A stretch of DNA of 53,361 bases from the NCBI GenBank assembly GCA_030615235.1, contig JAUWZR010000002.1:1-53361 (forward strand), read 5' to 3'. The DNA is from Promethearchaeota archaeon (GTDB taxonomy: Archaea; Asgardarchaeota; Lokiarchaeia; Sigyniarchaeales; SOKP01). Every line of letters begins with the position of its first letter. Position 1 is the stretch's first letter. The position numbers and the translations under genes were made by a program. Shown here one piece after another: positions 17,755 to 27,600 of the stretch. The notes under the pieces were generated by a model, which worked only from the letters and a program-made list of their open reading frames with translations, searched no databases and was not told the DNA's origin.

Positions 17755-20124
17755 TTATTTTAATCTTTTAAGATCATCATACAGATCAGTTCTTTTTGAA
17801 TTTTTGGGGATCTTTCTACTCAATAAGCATGAGTTTCTATTAGAATTTGTGATATTAACAAATTGTAGAAGTTTAGGATATAGATCTTCAGGATTAAACG
17901 AATAAGCCATATCTTTACTAAACCCTACACATAATAAATTATTGTTAATGTGGACACCATAATCTTCTAATCTATTCTTTAATAAAATACCATAAGCAGT
18001 GAGTTGTGGTAATGATCTATATATTTCATCCTCATCTTGTTTATAGTCAGCAATTATTAAGTATCCATTTATGAAAAGAATTATATCAATATGACCAATG
18101 TTAAATAAGTTTGAATTTTCAATAGGCTTCCAAACGGGGGATTCAATTGCTATAGTATTATTATCATTTGTTATTACATAAGCCAAAATAGGTGGATGGT
18201 CTGGTTTCTTGCCTATTCTATTTTTTTTATAATATTCAAAAACCTTTTGAACATATTTACACAAAAAAAAGGAAGAATCATATGCTTTTAATTCATCTTT
18301 AAAAAAATCTTTTATATATTCAAATTTTAAGTGCTCAGCATAAGAGCCATAAAATTTTAACATTGAGGCTCTGGGATTATCGTTAGACATGAATATATCA
18401 CGAGGAAAGTTTTCTCTCCAAAGATCATTAAGAAAGTTATAAAGCCCTAGTTTTAGTTGATCATTATTGATGATATTTAAGCGTTCTTCTTTCCATCTAA
18501 AAGGATATGTAATACTTTGATGTTTAAAATCCTTCCGCTTTAATTCTTGTATAGTATTAACCCAATCTATAAAGTATCTTTTATAATATTCTGTATGGTT
18601 TACTTTTATAAATTGACGAATTTTTTCAAATGTATTAGGGTCACTAAACGATGTTCTATTTCGAATTACACGTAATACCCCGCTGGTTCCAAGTATATTA
18701 TGAATAAATAATTTATTTCCAAATTCTTTTGGCTCCATATCTAAAGATTGATATAATTCAAGTAAAAATTGAGTCTCATTGTGATAAAATTCTTGTAATG
18801 ATTTTCTCATCATTTTAATAAAAGTTTCTCTACTATATATCTGCCCTTTATACCTTCCTATATAATCTGCTATATAATCATATAACCGATTGAAATTTTG
18901 ATCATTCACATGTCTAAAACTAAATTCAGACCCAAAACATTGTTCTAATTTCTTAGGAGTTGCTATATCTTCTAAACCACTTGTCTTTTTAAATGTGTAG
19001 TAAAGTAAAGAAAATGCAAAGTTCTGTGGAAAATAATAATCTATTTCGTTGTTTTTATTTATATCCAAAATTGGAAAATCGTTTACAATTGCACAATCAA
19101 AAATTGCCATTGCGTTTTCAATTGAATCACTTATATTAATTCTTAAATCAGGACTTAAAAAAGATTCTAATTTATTAACATATTGAGTTAAATAATTTTC
19201 TACTTTCTGTTGATATTTATCTTGTTCTAGAACAAAATATTCTAACATTATTTGATGTAAAACTTCAGTAAAATTAGTACACGGCATATTAAAGTTTTCA
19301 TTTTCAAGTAACAAATCAAGAAAGTCCGTCTTGTTCAATTTAAGATCTTTTTCATATTTCAAGAAAATAAAACACAAAACCGCTGCTAAAATTTTTGGCT
19401 TCTTTTTTTTCAAACTAATAAAAAAAGACTGAAATTTATTTTCTCCCTCAATTGAATCAATAATTTCCCAAAAGTCCTCGGAAATTTTTTCGGAATCACC
19501 CTCCGAAAAGTTAATGTCATTTAAATTTCTATTATTTAGATATTCAGCATATTTATGGATATATTTATTAGTTAATTCGAAATATTCATTCTCAGTTAAT
19601 TTGTCAGCATTTATTAACTCAAATATGAAATTATATTCGGGAATTCTTTTAAGATGGCTTGAAATTGTAGAACAAACGCTGTTTAAACTTGATAAGGATA
19701 AATTCAATATTTTGGCTAAATCTTTTCGGACCATATTTTCACCTAATCTAGCAAGGTTGAAATAAATCAAAGAAGCTGCTATATAAATGGGATTTTTTAC
19801 TTTTCTTGTCCCAAAACTCTTATAAAATTCATATAATGAGAGGAGGTTTAAAATATCCTCATATATCTTAATGCAATCTTCTTGAAAAGTCTTAGTTAGT
19901 TTGTATTTTAATTCAAAATTTAATTTATTTATGTGATCATCAAGATAAACAAAAATTTTATTCCAATACTTCCTAGTATCACTAACTTGGATTTTTTGCT
20001 TTAATTCATCTTTTTGAATTTCATTATTATCCCAAGATGATTCAGAACCGCATGAATTTATATCATCACGGCTAATTTTTGGTCGGTTCTTATCTGGACA
20101 ATTAAGGTTGCCTTTTTCTCTCAC
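17755..20124 (-). CDS. Large protein with helical (possibly TFIIB/cyclin-like) repeats and a C-terminal RecB/Cas4-type PD-(D/E)xK nuclease domain
   Basis: The C-terminus NIGHIDIILFINGYLIIADYKQDED...LPQLTAYGILL matches the RecB-family motifs GxhD, (D/E)YK and QxxxY. Three N-terminal segments resemble cyclin-box repeats, for example VKNPIYIAASLIYFNLARLGENMVRKDLAKILNLSLSSLNSV. GTG start. Confidence 0.55.
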   Translation of the reverse strand: MREKGNLNCPDKNRPKISRDDINSCGSESSWDNNEIQKDELKQKIQVSDTRKYWNKIFVYLDDHINKLNFELKYKLTKTFQEDCIKIYEDILNLLSLYEFYKSFGTRKVKNPIYIAASLIYFNLARLGENMVRKDLAKILNLSLSSLNSVCSTISSHLKRIPEYNFIFELINADKLTENEYFELTNKYIHKYAEYLNNRNLNDINFSEGDSEKISEDFWEIIDSIEGENKFQSFFISLKKKKPKILAAVLCFIFLKYEKDLKLNKTDFLDLLLENENFNMPCTNFTEVLHQIMLEYFVLEQDKYQQKVENYLTQYVNKLESFLSPDLRINISDSIENAMAIFDCAIVNDFPILDINKNNEIDYYFPQNFAFSLLYYTFKKTSGLEDIATPKKLEQCFGSEFSFRHVNDQNFNRLYDYIADYIGRYKGQIYSRETFIKMMRKSLQEFYHNETQFLLELYQSLDMEPKEFGNKLFIHNILGTSGVLRVIRNRTSFSDPNTFEKIRQFIKVNHTEYYKRYFIDWVNTIQELKRKDFKHQSITYPFRWKEERLNIINNDQLKLGLYNFLNDLWRENFPRDIFMSNDNPRASMLKFYGSYAEHLKFEYIKDFFKDELKAYDSSFFLCKYVQKVFEYYKKNRIGKKPDHPPILAYVITNDNNTIAIESPVWKPIENSNLFNIGHIDIILFINGYLIIADYKQDEDEIYRSLPQLTAYGILLKNRLEDYGVHINNNLLCVGFSKDMAYSFNPEDLYPKLLQFVNITNSNRNSCLLSRKIPKNSKRTDLYDDLKRLK

Positions 20125-20787
20125 AAGATACCCTGTCTATATTAGATATGGATAAACTAAAATATATTAAGAACAAATCCTATTTCTTTAAGGAAATTTT
20201 ATTCCTATTAATATTATTATCATGATCTTTTTAAATTAATAGAAAAAAGCTCTAAAATTTATATTACTATAATCAATAACGAATTAATTTAATCTAATCT
20301 AAATATTTTATCTCTAATAAATTTTACCTGCTCAATCTTTATAAATCTTTGCTGGATTCTTTTCTTTGATTTTGTCTTTATAAATGTCCTAGAAATTTTC
20401 TATAGGATTTTTCCTATATTAACATTCCGCAAAAACTATACCTAAAAATAACCGAAGAATACCTTATACTACTATAAACTATTTTTGAATAATGATTTAT
20501 ACTAGTATAAAGTTTTATAGCTTAGTTTAGATTTGCTATGTATTTTTATTCTTTTATTTCATTATTTAAACATTTTCTTCGAACATTATGTCAAATAATT
20601 ATTGGATTACCCATTTTAGATACTCTAGAATAGTTATTTTTTAAAATCGTTCCAATTTCCAATAATAATTTGTGGTCTTCATATTGTAATTGACTCCATT
20701 CCATTCTAACGTGCCATTCTTCAACATATCTTCTTTTAAATAATTTTTACAATTTTCACAGAATATAACAATTCTGTTCCATTTTTA

Positions 20788-23604
20788 TCAGGAATTTGAA
20801 GGAAAGATTAATTCCTTGAATTCCTTCGTGTCTTTAATATAATTTAATTTTGTATCCATATTTGCTGTTTCTTTATATTTCTCATTCAGTTCGATTGCTT
20901 TTTCTAATAATCTTAAAGCTTCTTTTTTATTATTTCTAAGGGATTCAATACAAGCTTTCTGATAATATATATTGTCATTATTTTTATCAAGTTTTAATAC
21001 TTGATTATAATATACCATGGCTTCATCGTATCTTTTTAATTCCTGCAACGCAACTCCTTTATTGACTAATGCTGAAATTTTATTTGGTTGAATTTCCAGT
21101 ACTTTTTCGAAATATTTGATCGATTCTTGATATCTCTCTAAGTCTATTAAAGCGCTACCTTTATTTACCATTGCATAAGTATTATACGGGTCAATCAACA
21201 TTGCTTTATCATAAAGATCTATTGCTTCCGCATATTTTTTTAACATAACTAAAACATTTCCTTTATTTACTAATGCATAAGTATTATTTGGATCAATTTC
21301 CAACGCTTTATCATAAAGATCTATTGCTTTTGCATATTTTTCTAATTTAGATAATGCTATTCCTTTATGAAATAATACAAAAGGTTCATTTGGATTAATC
21401 TCTAATGCTCTATCATAAAGAGCTATTGCTTTCTCATATCTCTCTAAATTTAAGAATATTTTACCTTTATTGACCAATACCATAGGATGATTAGGTATAA
21501 TCTCTAATGCTCTATCATAAAGAGCTATTGCTTCTTCATATCTTTTTAAATCAGACAATACATTTGCTTTATTAACTAGGGCTAAAAAATCATGCGGGTC
21601 AATTTCCAGAGCTTTTTCATTATAATCCATAGCCTCCTCGTATCTCCTTAATTCATACAATGCAATTCCTTTATTAGTTAATGCTCTTAGGTGATTTGGA
21701 ATAATCTCCAATGCTTTATCAAAATAAGTTATTGCCTTTTTGTATTTTTTTAAAGCATTTAATGCTGTCCCTTTATTGATTAATGCTTTGGGTTCATGAG
21801 AATTGATCTCCAATACCGTATCACAATTTTCTATTACTTCCCCATACCTCTTTAAGTTTATTAGGGAATTACTTTTATTAACTAGTGTTTCAATATCATA
21901 AGGATTAATATTCAATATTTTGTCATAATTTTCTATTTCCTGTTCGAATTTTCCTAAAGCTGATAACGCGATCCCTTTATTAAAAAACGCTTCAGTTTTA
22001 TATGGGTCAATTTTTAAAGTTTTATCATAATACTCAATTGCTTTTTGAATTTTTTTCAACTTATATAACGCAATACCTTTATTAACTAATATATCAGTAT
22101 TATTCTGGTCTAATCTTAATGCTTTATCCCAACATATTATTGCTTCTTTATAAAGTTCTAATTTTGATAATGCTACTCCTTTATTAATTAATATTTCAAT
22201 CTTATTTGGATTAATATTTAATACTTGATCAAAATATTCTATTGCTTTTTTATGACTCCCTACGTCAGATAAGACAATTCCAATGTTGAATAATGTATCT
22301 GTGTCATTCGGATTAATCTCTAAAGCTTTGTTAAAACATTCTATTGCCTCTTGATATCTTCCTAAATAAGCTAATGAATTTGCTTTATTGAATAAAATTT
22401 CAAAAATATGAGGGGTAATCTCTAATATTTCATCATAGTATTTCATTGCCTCTTCAAACTCTCCAAAATAAAAGGAAAGATTTGCATTAGAACTTAGAGA
22501 TTCTATCCTCTCTGTTACACTCACATGTATTTTTTTAATAGTTTCTTCTTCTAAATTTTGAATTATGGGTTCTAATTGAGGTTCTTCAAAGATTTTAAGA
22601 GAATTCCATTTAATATCCTCCCTACTCTCCCATTTTGGTTGAGTTGGATTCGAATAAAAAATTTTACGGAAAGCAATCCTAAATTCTTTATTAATTTTTA
22701 TAATAGAAAAATTATTTTGATAATATGAACCCTTATAGGATGCACCTCCAATATAGAGATAAGCTCGATTTTTAATTCGATCCGCCTCATCTATAAGTTC
22801 ATTATGAAAATGACCAGATAAAATAATATGGCTTCTTTTTGCCAATTCGCTATATGTAGCGATTCTTTTAGGATTACTTTTTTTTTCAAATTCATGCAGA
22901 TCATCTTTAGGATGATGCATTACAATAATACTGAGTTCTTTAGTATTATAATCTTTTTTTGTAATAATTTGATTAGATTTTATTAAGATTTGAAGTAAAG
23001 GTAACCCAATCCATAATTTACCTTTACATTGATCATTATAAGCGTACCATGCAGAATTAAACACTATAAATCTAATTCCAGAAATGATTTTTTTTCCAAC
23101 TAGATAATTCTTATAATTTCCAATAATCAAGGGTGTTATACCTAAATCTTTTTTGAAATTGATAAAAGGTCTAAAAAGTGGTTCAAATTGCTTAAGTTTT
23201 TCTAATTTTAAATAATCATCAGCCTGTTCATAAGAACTTGGTGGTATTGCGATAATTTTATCCCTATCAATATCATGATTACCGGAGGATATAATTATGT
23301 TTTCAGGTCTAATATTTGTGATTTTCATTAACTTTAATAACCACTCTTTTGCTAATTTATAATCTGCGATTTTTCCCGCCCAGGCTATATCCCCAGAAAT
23401 TACAATAATTTGGGGTTTCCAAAAATCATCGATTTTTTCTAAAGAATTTAATAATTTATTTAGTTCATTTTCTCTTTCTGCATACTTCGTTTGATTTTTT
23501 CTTAGAATTTCATTACGATTAAAATGCAAATCTGAGATGTGAAGTATATTTATACAAGATTCTTTATATCTACTGAATTTCTGTTTTATTATTTCTTCAT
23601 TCAT
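20788..23604 (-). CDS. Calcineurin-like metallophosphoesterase fused to about 16 TPR repeats
   Basis: MPE motifs ILHISDLHF, VISGDIAWAG, SSGNHD, VMHHP and LSGHFH are in the first about 330 aa. About 16 units of 34 aa follow (xLxNKGxALxxLxxYxEAIxxYDKALEIxPN). There is no P-loop. Confidence 0.8.
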   Translation of the reverse strand: MNEEIIKQKFSRYKESCINILHISDLHFNRNEILRKNQTKYAERENELNKLLNSLEKIDDFWKPQIIVISGDIAWAGKIADYKLAKEWLLKLMKITNIRPENIIISSGNHDIDRDKIIAIPPSSYEQADDYLKLEKLKQFEPLFRPFINFKKDLGITPLIIGNYKNYLVGKKIISGIRFIVFNSAWYAYNDQCKGKLWIGLPLLQILIKSNQIITKKDYNTKELSIIVMHHPKDDLHEFEKKSNPKRIATYSELAKRSHIILSGHFHNELIDEADRIKNRAYLYIGGASYKGSYYQNNFSIIKINKEFRIAFRKIFYSNPTQPKWESREDIKWNSLKIFEEPQLEPIIQNLEEETIKKIHVSVTERIESLSSNANLSFYFGEFEEAMKYYDEILEITPHIFEILFNKANSLAYLGRYQEAIECFNKALEINPNDTDTLFNIGIVLSDVGSHKKAIEYFDQVLNINPNKIEILINKGVALSKLELYKEAIICWDKALRLDQNNTDILVNKGIALYKLKKIQKAIEYYDKTLKIDPYKTEAFFNKGIALSALGKFEQEIENYDKILNINPYDIETLVNKSNSLINLKRYGEVIENCDTVLEINSHEPKALINKGTALNALKKYKKAITYFDKALEIIPNHLRALTNKGIALYELRRYEEAMDYNEKALEIDPHDFLALVNKANVLSDLKRYEEAIALYDRALEIIPNHPMVLVNKGKIFLNLERYEKAIALYDRALEINPNEPFVLFHKGIALSKLEKYAKAIDLYDKALEIDPNNTYALVNKGNVLVMLKKYAEAIDLYDKAMLIDPYNTYAMVNKGSALIDLERYQESIKYFEKVLEIQPNKISALVNKGVALQELKRYDEAMVYYNQVLKLDKNNDNIYYQKACIESLRNNKKEALRLLEKAIELNEKYKETANMDTKLNYIKDTKEFKELIFPSNS
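20800..22480 (-). repeat. 102-nt periodic coding repeats (TPR array), with some neighbouring units nearly identical
   Basis: Near-duplicate runs are visible, for example ctctaatgctctatcataaagagctattgc at about 21401 and about 21503. These correspond to RYE(E/K)AIALYDRALEI units. Confidence 0.8.
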
Positions 23605-24156
23605 AACAATGGTTTACTTCAATTATGTGTTATTAGTTTGATCAAATATAAGTATAAAAGATTAGCTTATATTTTCATTTTTAGTTATATAAATAAAGTC
23701 TTATTTTTGAGATATTTTTTTTGATTATTACATTTGTGTAATTTCTTGATAAAAAAATTAAGAGGGTAATTCATTTAGAAATGCATATAAATTTTTTACA
23801 TTTTGATCTACTTCACTAAAATTTGCATTCATATTTAATTAACCAATTACCATTCTTATAATCTGAAAAAGATTCAGTCAATTAAATTCTTTTATTAGTT
23901 GGGTATAGTAATGATTTATCGATTGCAGTGGTCAACATAATTATTAATTTTTCTCTCTCTCATAGTTTTGAAAATCCTCATTTCAAGGAAGAAGAGTTAA
24001 GCAAAATTTATTTACACATTCAAGGATTAAAAATCTAGAGTATTGTAAGAATCTTATTATTGGGATAAATATCATTCATTATTAGATATATTTAGATTTA
24101 AATGCTTTTAACACATTGCTTTTATATGGGAGTTTTATAGGGATTGAGTAATTAAA

Positions 24157-24417
24157 TTATTCTTTTGAAAAATCTTCTAAGGTCCTGCATTTATATGGAA
24201 ATTCTAACTTATTTTCGCAGTTATTACATTCTATTTGAATTTCACAAAACGAAGGATCATTAATGTGTCCAAAAAACTTTACAGAGCAGTCTTTTCCACA
24301 TTCTGAACATTGGAAATCAATATAATCGCTTGGAGAATCGGTAATAAAAAATCTTACTCTACCAGCTGGATTTTCATTTTCTAAATAATTTCTAAGAGCA
24401 TTATGTTCATTAGACAT
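24157..24417 (-). CDS. Small Cys-rich zinc-ribbon protein (86 aa)
   Basis: CSECGKDC...C...C and CNNCENK provide paired CxxC motifs. It lies 263 nt downstream of, and co-oriented with, the NLR-like gene. Confidence 0.45.
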   Translation of the reverse strand: MSNEHNALRNYLENENPAGRVRFFITDSPSDYIDFQCSECGKDCSVKFFGHINDPSFCEIQIECNNCENKLEFPYKCRTLEDFSKE

Positions 24418-24680
24418 ATTTTAAGACCTCCTTTAATTTTACATTATTTTATTATTATTATATAATTCATTAAAAAAAAATGAATCTAGTAATCAATAAA
24501 TAAGATACATTATTAATTGAATATTTAGATTATTTAAGAGATATTAGCTATAAACTTCAACACATAGATGCTAGAGTCAAGCAATCCGAAACAGAAATGT
24601 TATTTCATAATACAATAAATATTATTAATATCCATTATTCATAGACTACATTAATGTTCATCTTCTTATCAAGATCTGCT

Positions 24681-27600
24681 TCATTCAATTTTGTTTAATG
24701 AATCTGGGATTGAGCAATTTGGAGCTACCTTAATAATATAAAATTTTGGATTTAATAAAGTTAAATAATCATCTAATGAAATCTCAATCTCCTTATCTGT
24801 ATAGATTCTTAAATCAATGTCATTTTCTTTAATTTTTTTAAGATCTTCTGGTAAAATTCTTAATTCTGGAAGCTCAACCCATAAGTGTGTTAAATTGAAT
24901 AACTCATGGAGGAAATTTGGAAATTTGCAATTAGTTTTTACCTTAATTTTGAAAGTACAAATATCTTTTGGATTCCAAAAATCATTTGAAAACTCTATAA
25001 ATTTGTCAGTTATGACCAGTTGCTGGATTTGCTTGAAATGTATTAAATATCTTGGTATTTGGTCAATAAGCTCTGTATTTACCTCAAGATATAATAAGTT
25101 TCTACATTCTTGGACAAAATTAGGTATAAAATTATTATCATCAATTCTAATATGAGTTATTTTATCGAAATTACTCTCTAATAAATCAAAAAATCTACTT
25201 ATTCTTGAACCTGAAACTCTTAAATGAGCAATATTTTGAGTATTTGAAAATTGTATAGGTTTTCTATGCGAGATCGAAATTTCCATGCGATTATTTTTAT
25301 TATCTTCCCAAAAATTTTCTTGGAAATCTTGAGAACCCCCGAATGAAATATGTAGACACTTTATTTTTGGAAGGTTTTTAATTAATTCTGGAATTTTATC
25401 TAATGGAGGATTTATCCAACGTATATAAGATAAATTTTTAAGATTCTCCCAAGATTTTGGTAAGTCTTTTGCTGCTATATCAATTATTTGAAGATGTGTT
25501 ATATTTTCTAATTTATTAAGCGATTCACTTAATATGCATCTTTTATTTACTCTAAGTTCTAATCTATACTTAGTATCTTCACTTCCAAATTCCCCTGTTA
25601 ATCCGGTTAACGTAATCGATGTTATCAATAGTTGAGTAAATTGAGATAAATTACCAAAAAAGTTAGGTAGCTCTGTTAATTGAGGAAGATTAATTCGAAG
25701 ATGCGTTATATTTTTCATTGAAATTTCGTCTTTGGGTAATTTACAATCATTTCTTACTCTTGCTAAAAATATACCCTTATTCGAATTATTAAGAAAGTCT
25801 TCATTAGAAGTAGGTAGAGGATCTTCTGAAATAAGCATTTTTTTAATATAAGGTGATAAAAATACCCAAGCTTTTAAATTAGTAACAAATGGGAAATCTA
25901 TTCTTAGATGGGTTAAATTCTCGAAATTACCTATTATATCCGGTAAAATGCTTTGGCCTCTTGAAAATCCGAATAAATATATTCCTTTACCAGAGATTTT
26001 CCAATAGTTTATTTTTTTAAAGAATTCTTTTGTAAGATTTTCTTGATTGGTGATTAGAAGCTTATTTAATACGCCATTAATAGATACATTTTTTGGGAAT
26101 CTAGTAAGTACCTTAATCCATACTTTTTCAATATGAGAAGGAATAGTTAACTCATTTAATATAAATTGTGTAGGGAGGTTAACTAATATTCGAGAACTGT
26201 CTAATTGGTTTTGAGCCATATAATCTTTGATATCTTCTAGATTTTGAGATATATTAATTAAAATGTTCGGAAACATATCCCATTTAAATACAATATCCGG
26301 TAAAATATTTGATATTTGAGAATTGATGATTACCTCGTTTAACTTAGAGCAAGATTTTAGACTTTCAGGAAAATTAAATTTAAAGAAATTTTCTATATAA
26401 ATTGATTCAAGATTCTTTAATAAAGAAATTGATTCATGCAGATTAAGTACAAATTGATGACCTTTTCCTTGAATATCAATTATTTTTAAATTTTTGATTG
26501 TAGTACTTTTCCCAAATTTAATTAATTCTCCCTTAAGTTCTAAAGATTCTAATTCTTCTAAGGACCAAAATAAATCTTTAAATTCAAAATAGTTTTGCAT
26601 TTCAAATATATTCAATAAACTCTTTGGTATTTGTAATGTTAAAGAACTAATATACTCATTAGAAATTGTAACCCAATAAGTATATTCACCAGAATAATCC
26701 TTTAAATGATTTAAATAATCAATAATGACAGCATCCTTAATTTTTAAATGAATTTTTTCCAGTTTCGGCGTTAATTGCCCTCTAATTTCTATTTCATCAT
26801 CTACAATTAGTAAATTATCGTCAACATAATTGATGGATGGTAATGTTTGCTTTTTTGGGTAAAATGAAATATATGTATTTCTCATTAAATTGATAAATTT
26901 AAGATTCTTGAACTCATGCCACCATGAGTTAATTGATTTTATATTGTTATATTGAATATTTATTCTAAATAACCTGTCTAAATTTGTTAAAGTATCTGGA
27001 AGTTCTTTCAATTCATTATGGTCTAAATTTAGAACTTCTAAATTTTTTAATCTACCAATATCTTTAGGAAGTTTTGGTAATTCATTATCTTGAAGAGCTA
27101 ACTTCTTTAAACCTATTAATTTATAAACCCCTTTGGGGATATGTTTTGTTTTTATATGATCTAGGTATAATTCCGATACACGATCATTTATATCAATTAC
27201 ATAACCTTGACTTCTCTTTATTTCTTCAAAATCTGAAAGATTTCTTAGTCTGTGATTTCCTATTTCAACTTCAATTTCTCCTAATGAATTTGCATCGGAT
27301 TTACAAATTTCAAATTCTTGAAATCTTTGTTTCAATTTAGAACTATAGTGTTCAATAAAACCTTGGTATTCTTCTTGAAAGAAATATTTAAATTGTGTTT
27401 TTGTTTTATCCATTTTTATAATACCACTAGAATAGATTACATCCCAACTTCCTTTTTTGTTATATCGAAATTCACTAAGCTCATTATCAAGAATGGGAGT
27501 ATAAGGATCCGCAATTATACTTACTAAATCTTTGAAATCATTTTCTACAGTACCCACAATTCCCATCCTGTTCAAAATAGTATTTTCATTTTGGCGACTT

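Noticed and set aside
20560-20790. Short minus-strand reading frame (…FCENCKNYLKEDMLKNGTLEWNGVNYNMKTTNYYWKLERF*) downstream of the MPE-TPR gene
   Set aside because: It has no canonical start upstream of an internal Met, is very short, and is unsupported by motifs. It could be a decayed fragment, but the evidence is too weak to call.
20800-22480. Regular about 102-nt periodicity that could superficially suggest a repeat array or CRISPR
   Set aside because: The period equals one 34-aa TPR unit inside a long intact ORF. There are no unique spacers, the repeats are degenerate, and no cas genes are present.
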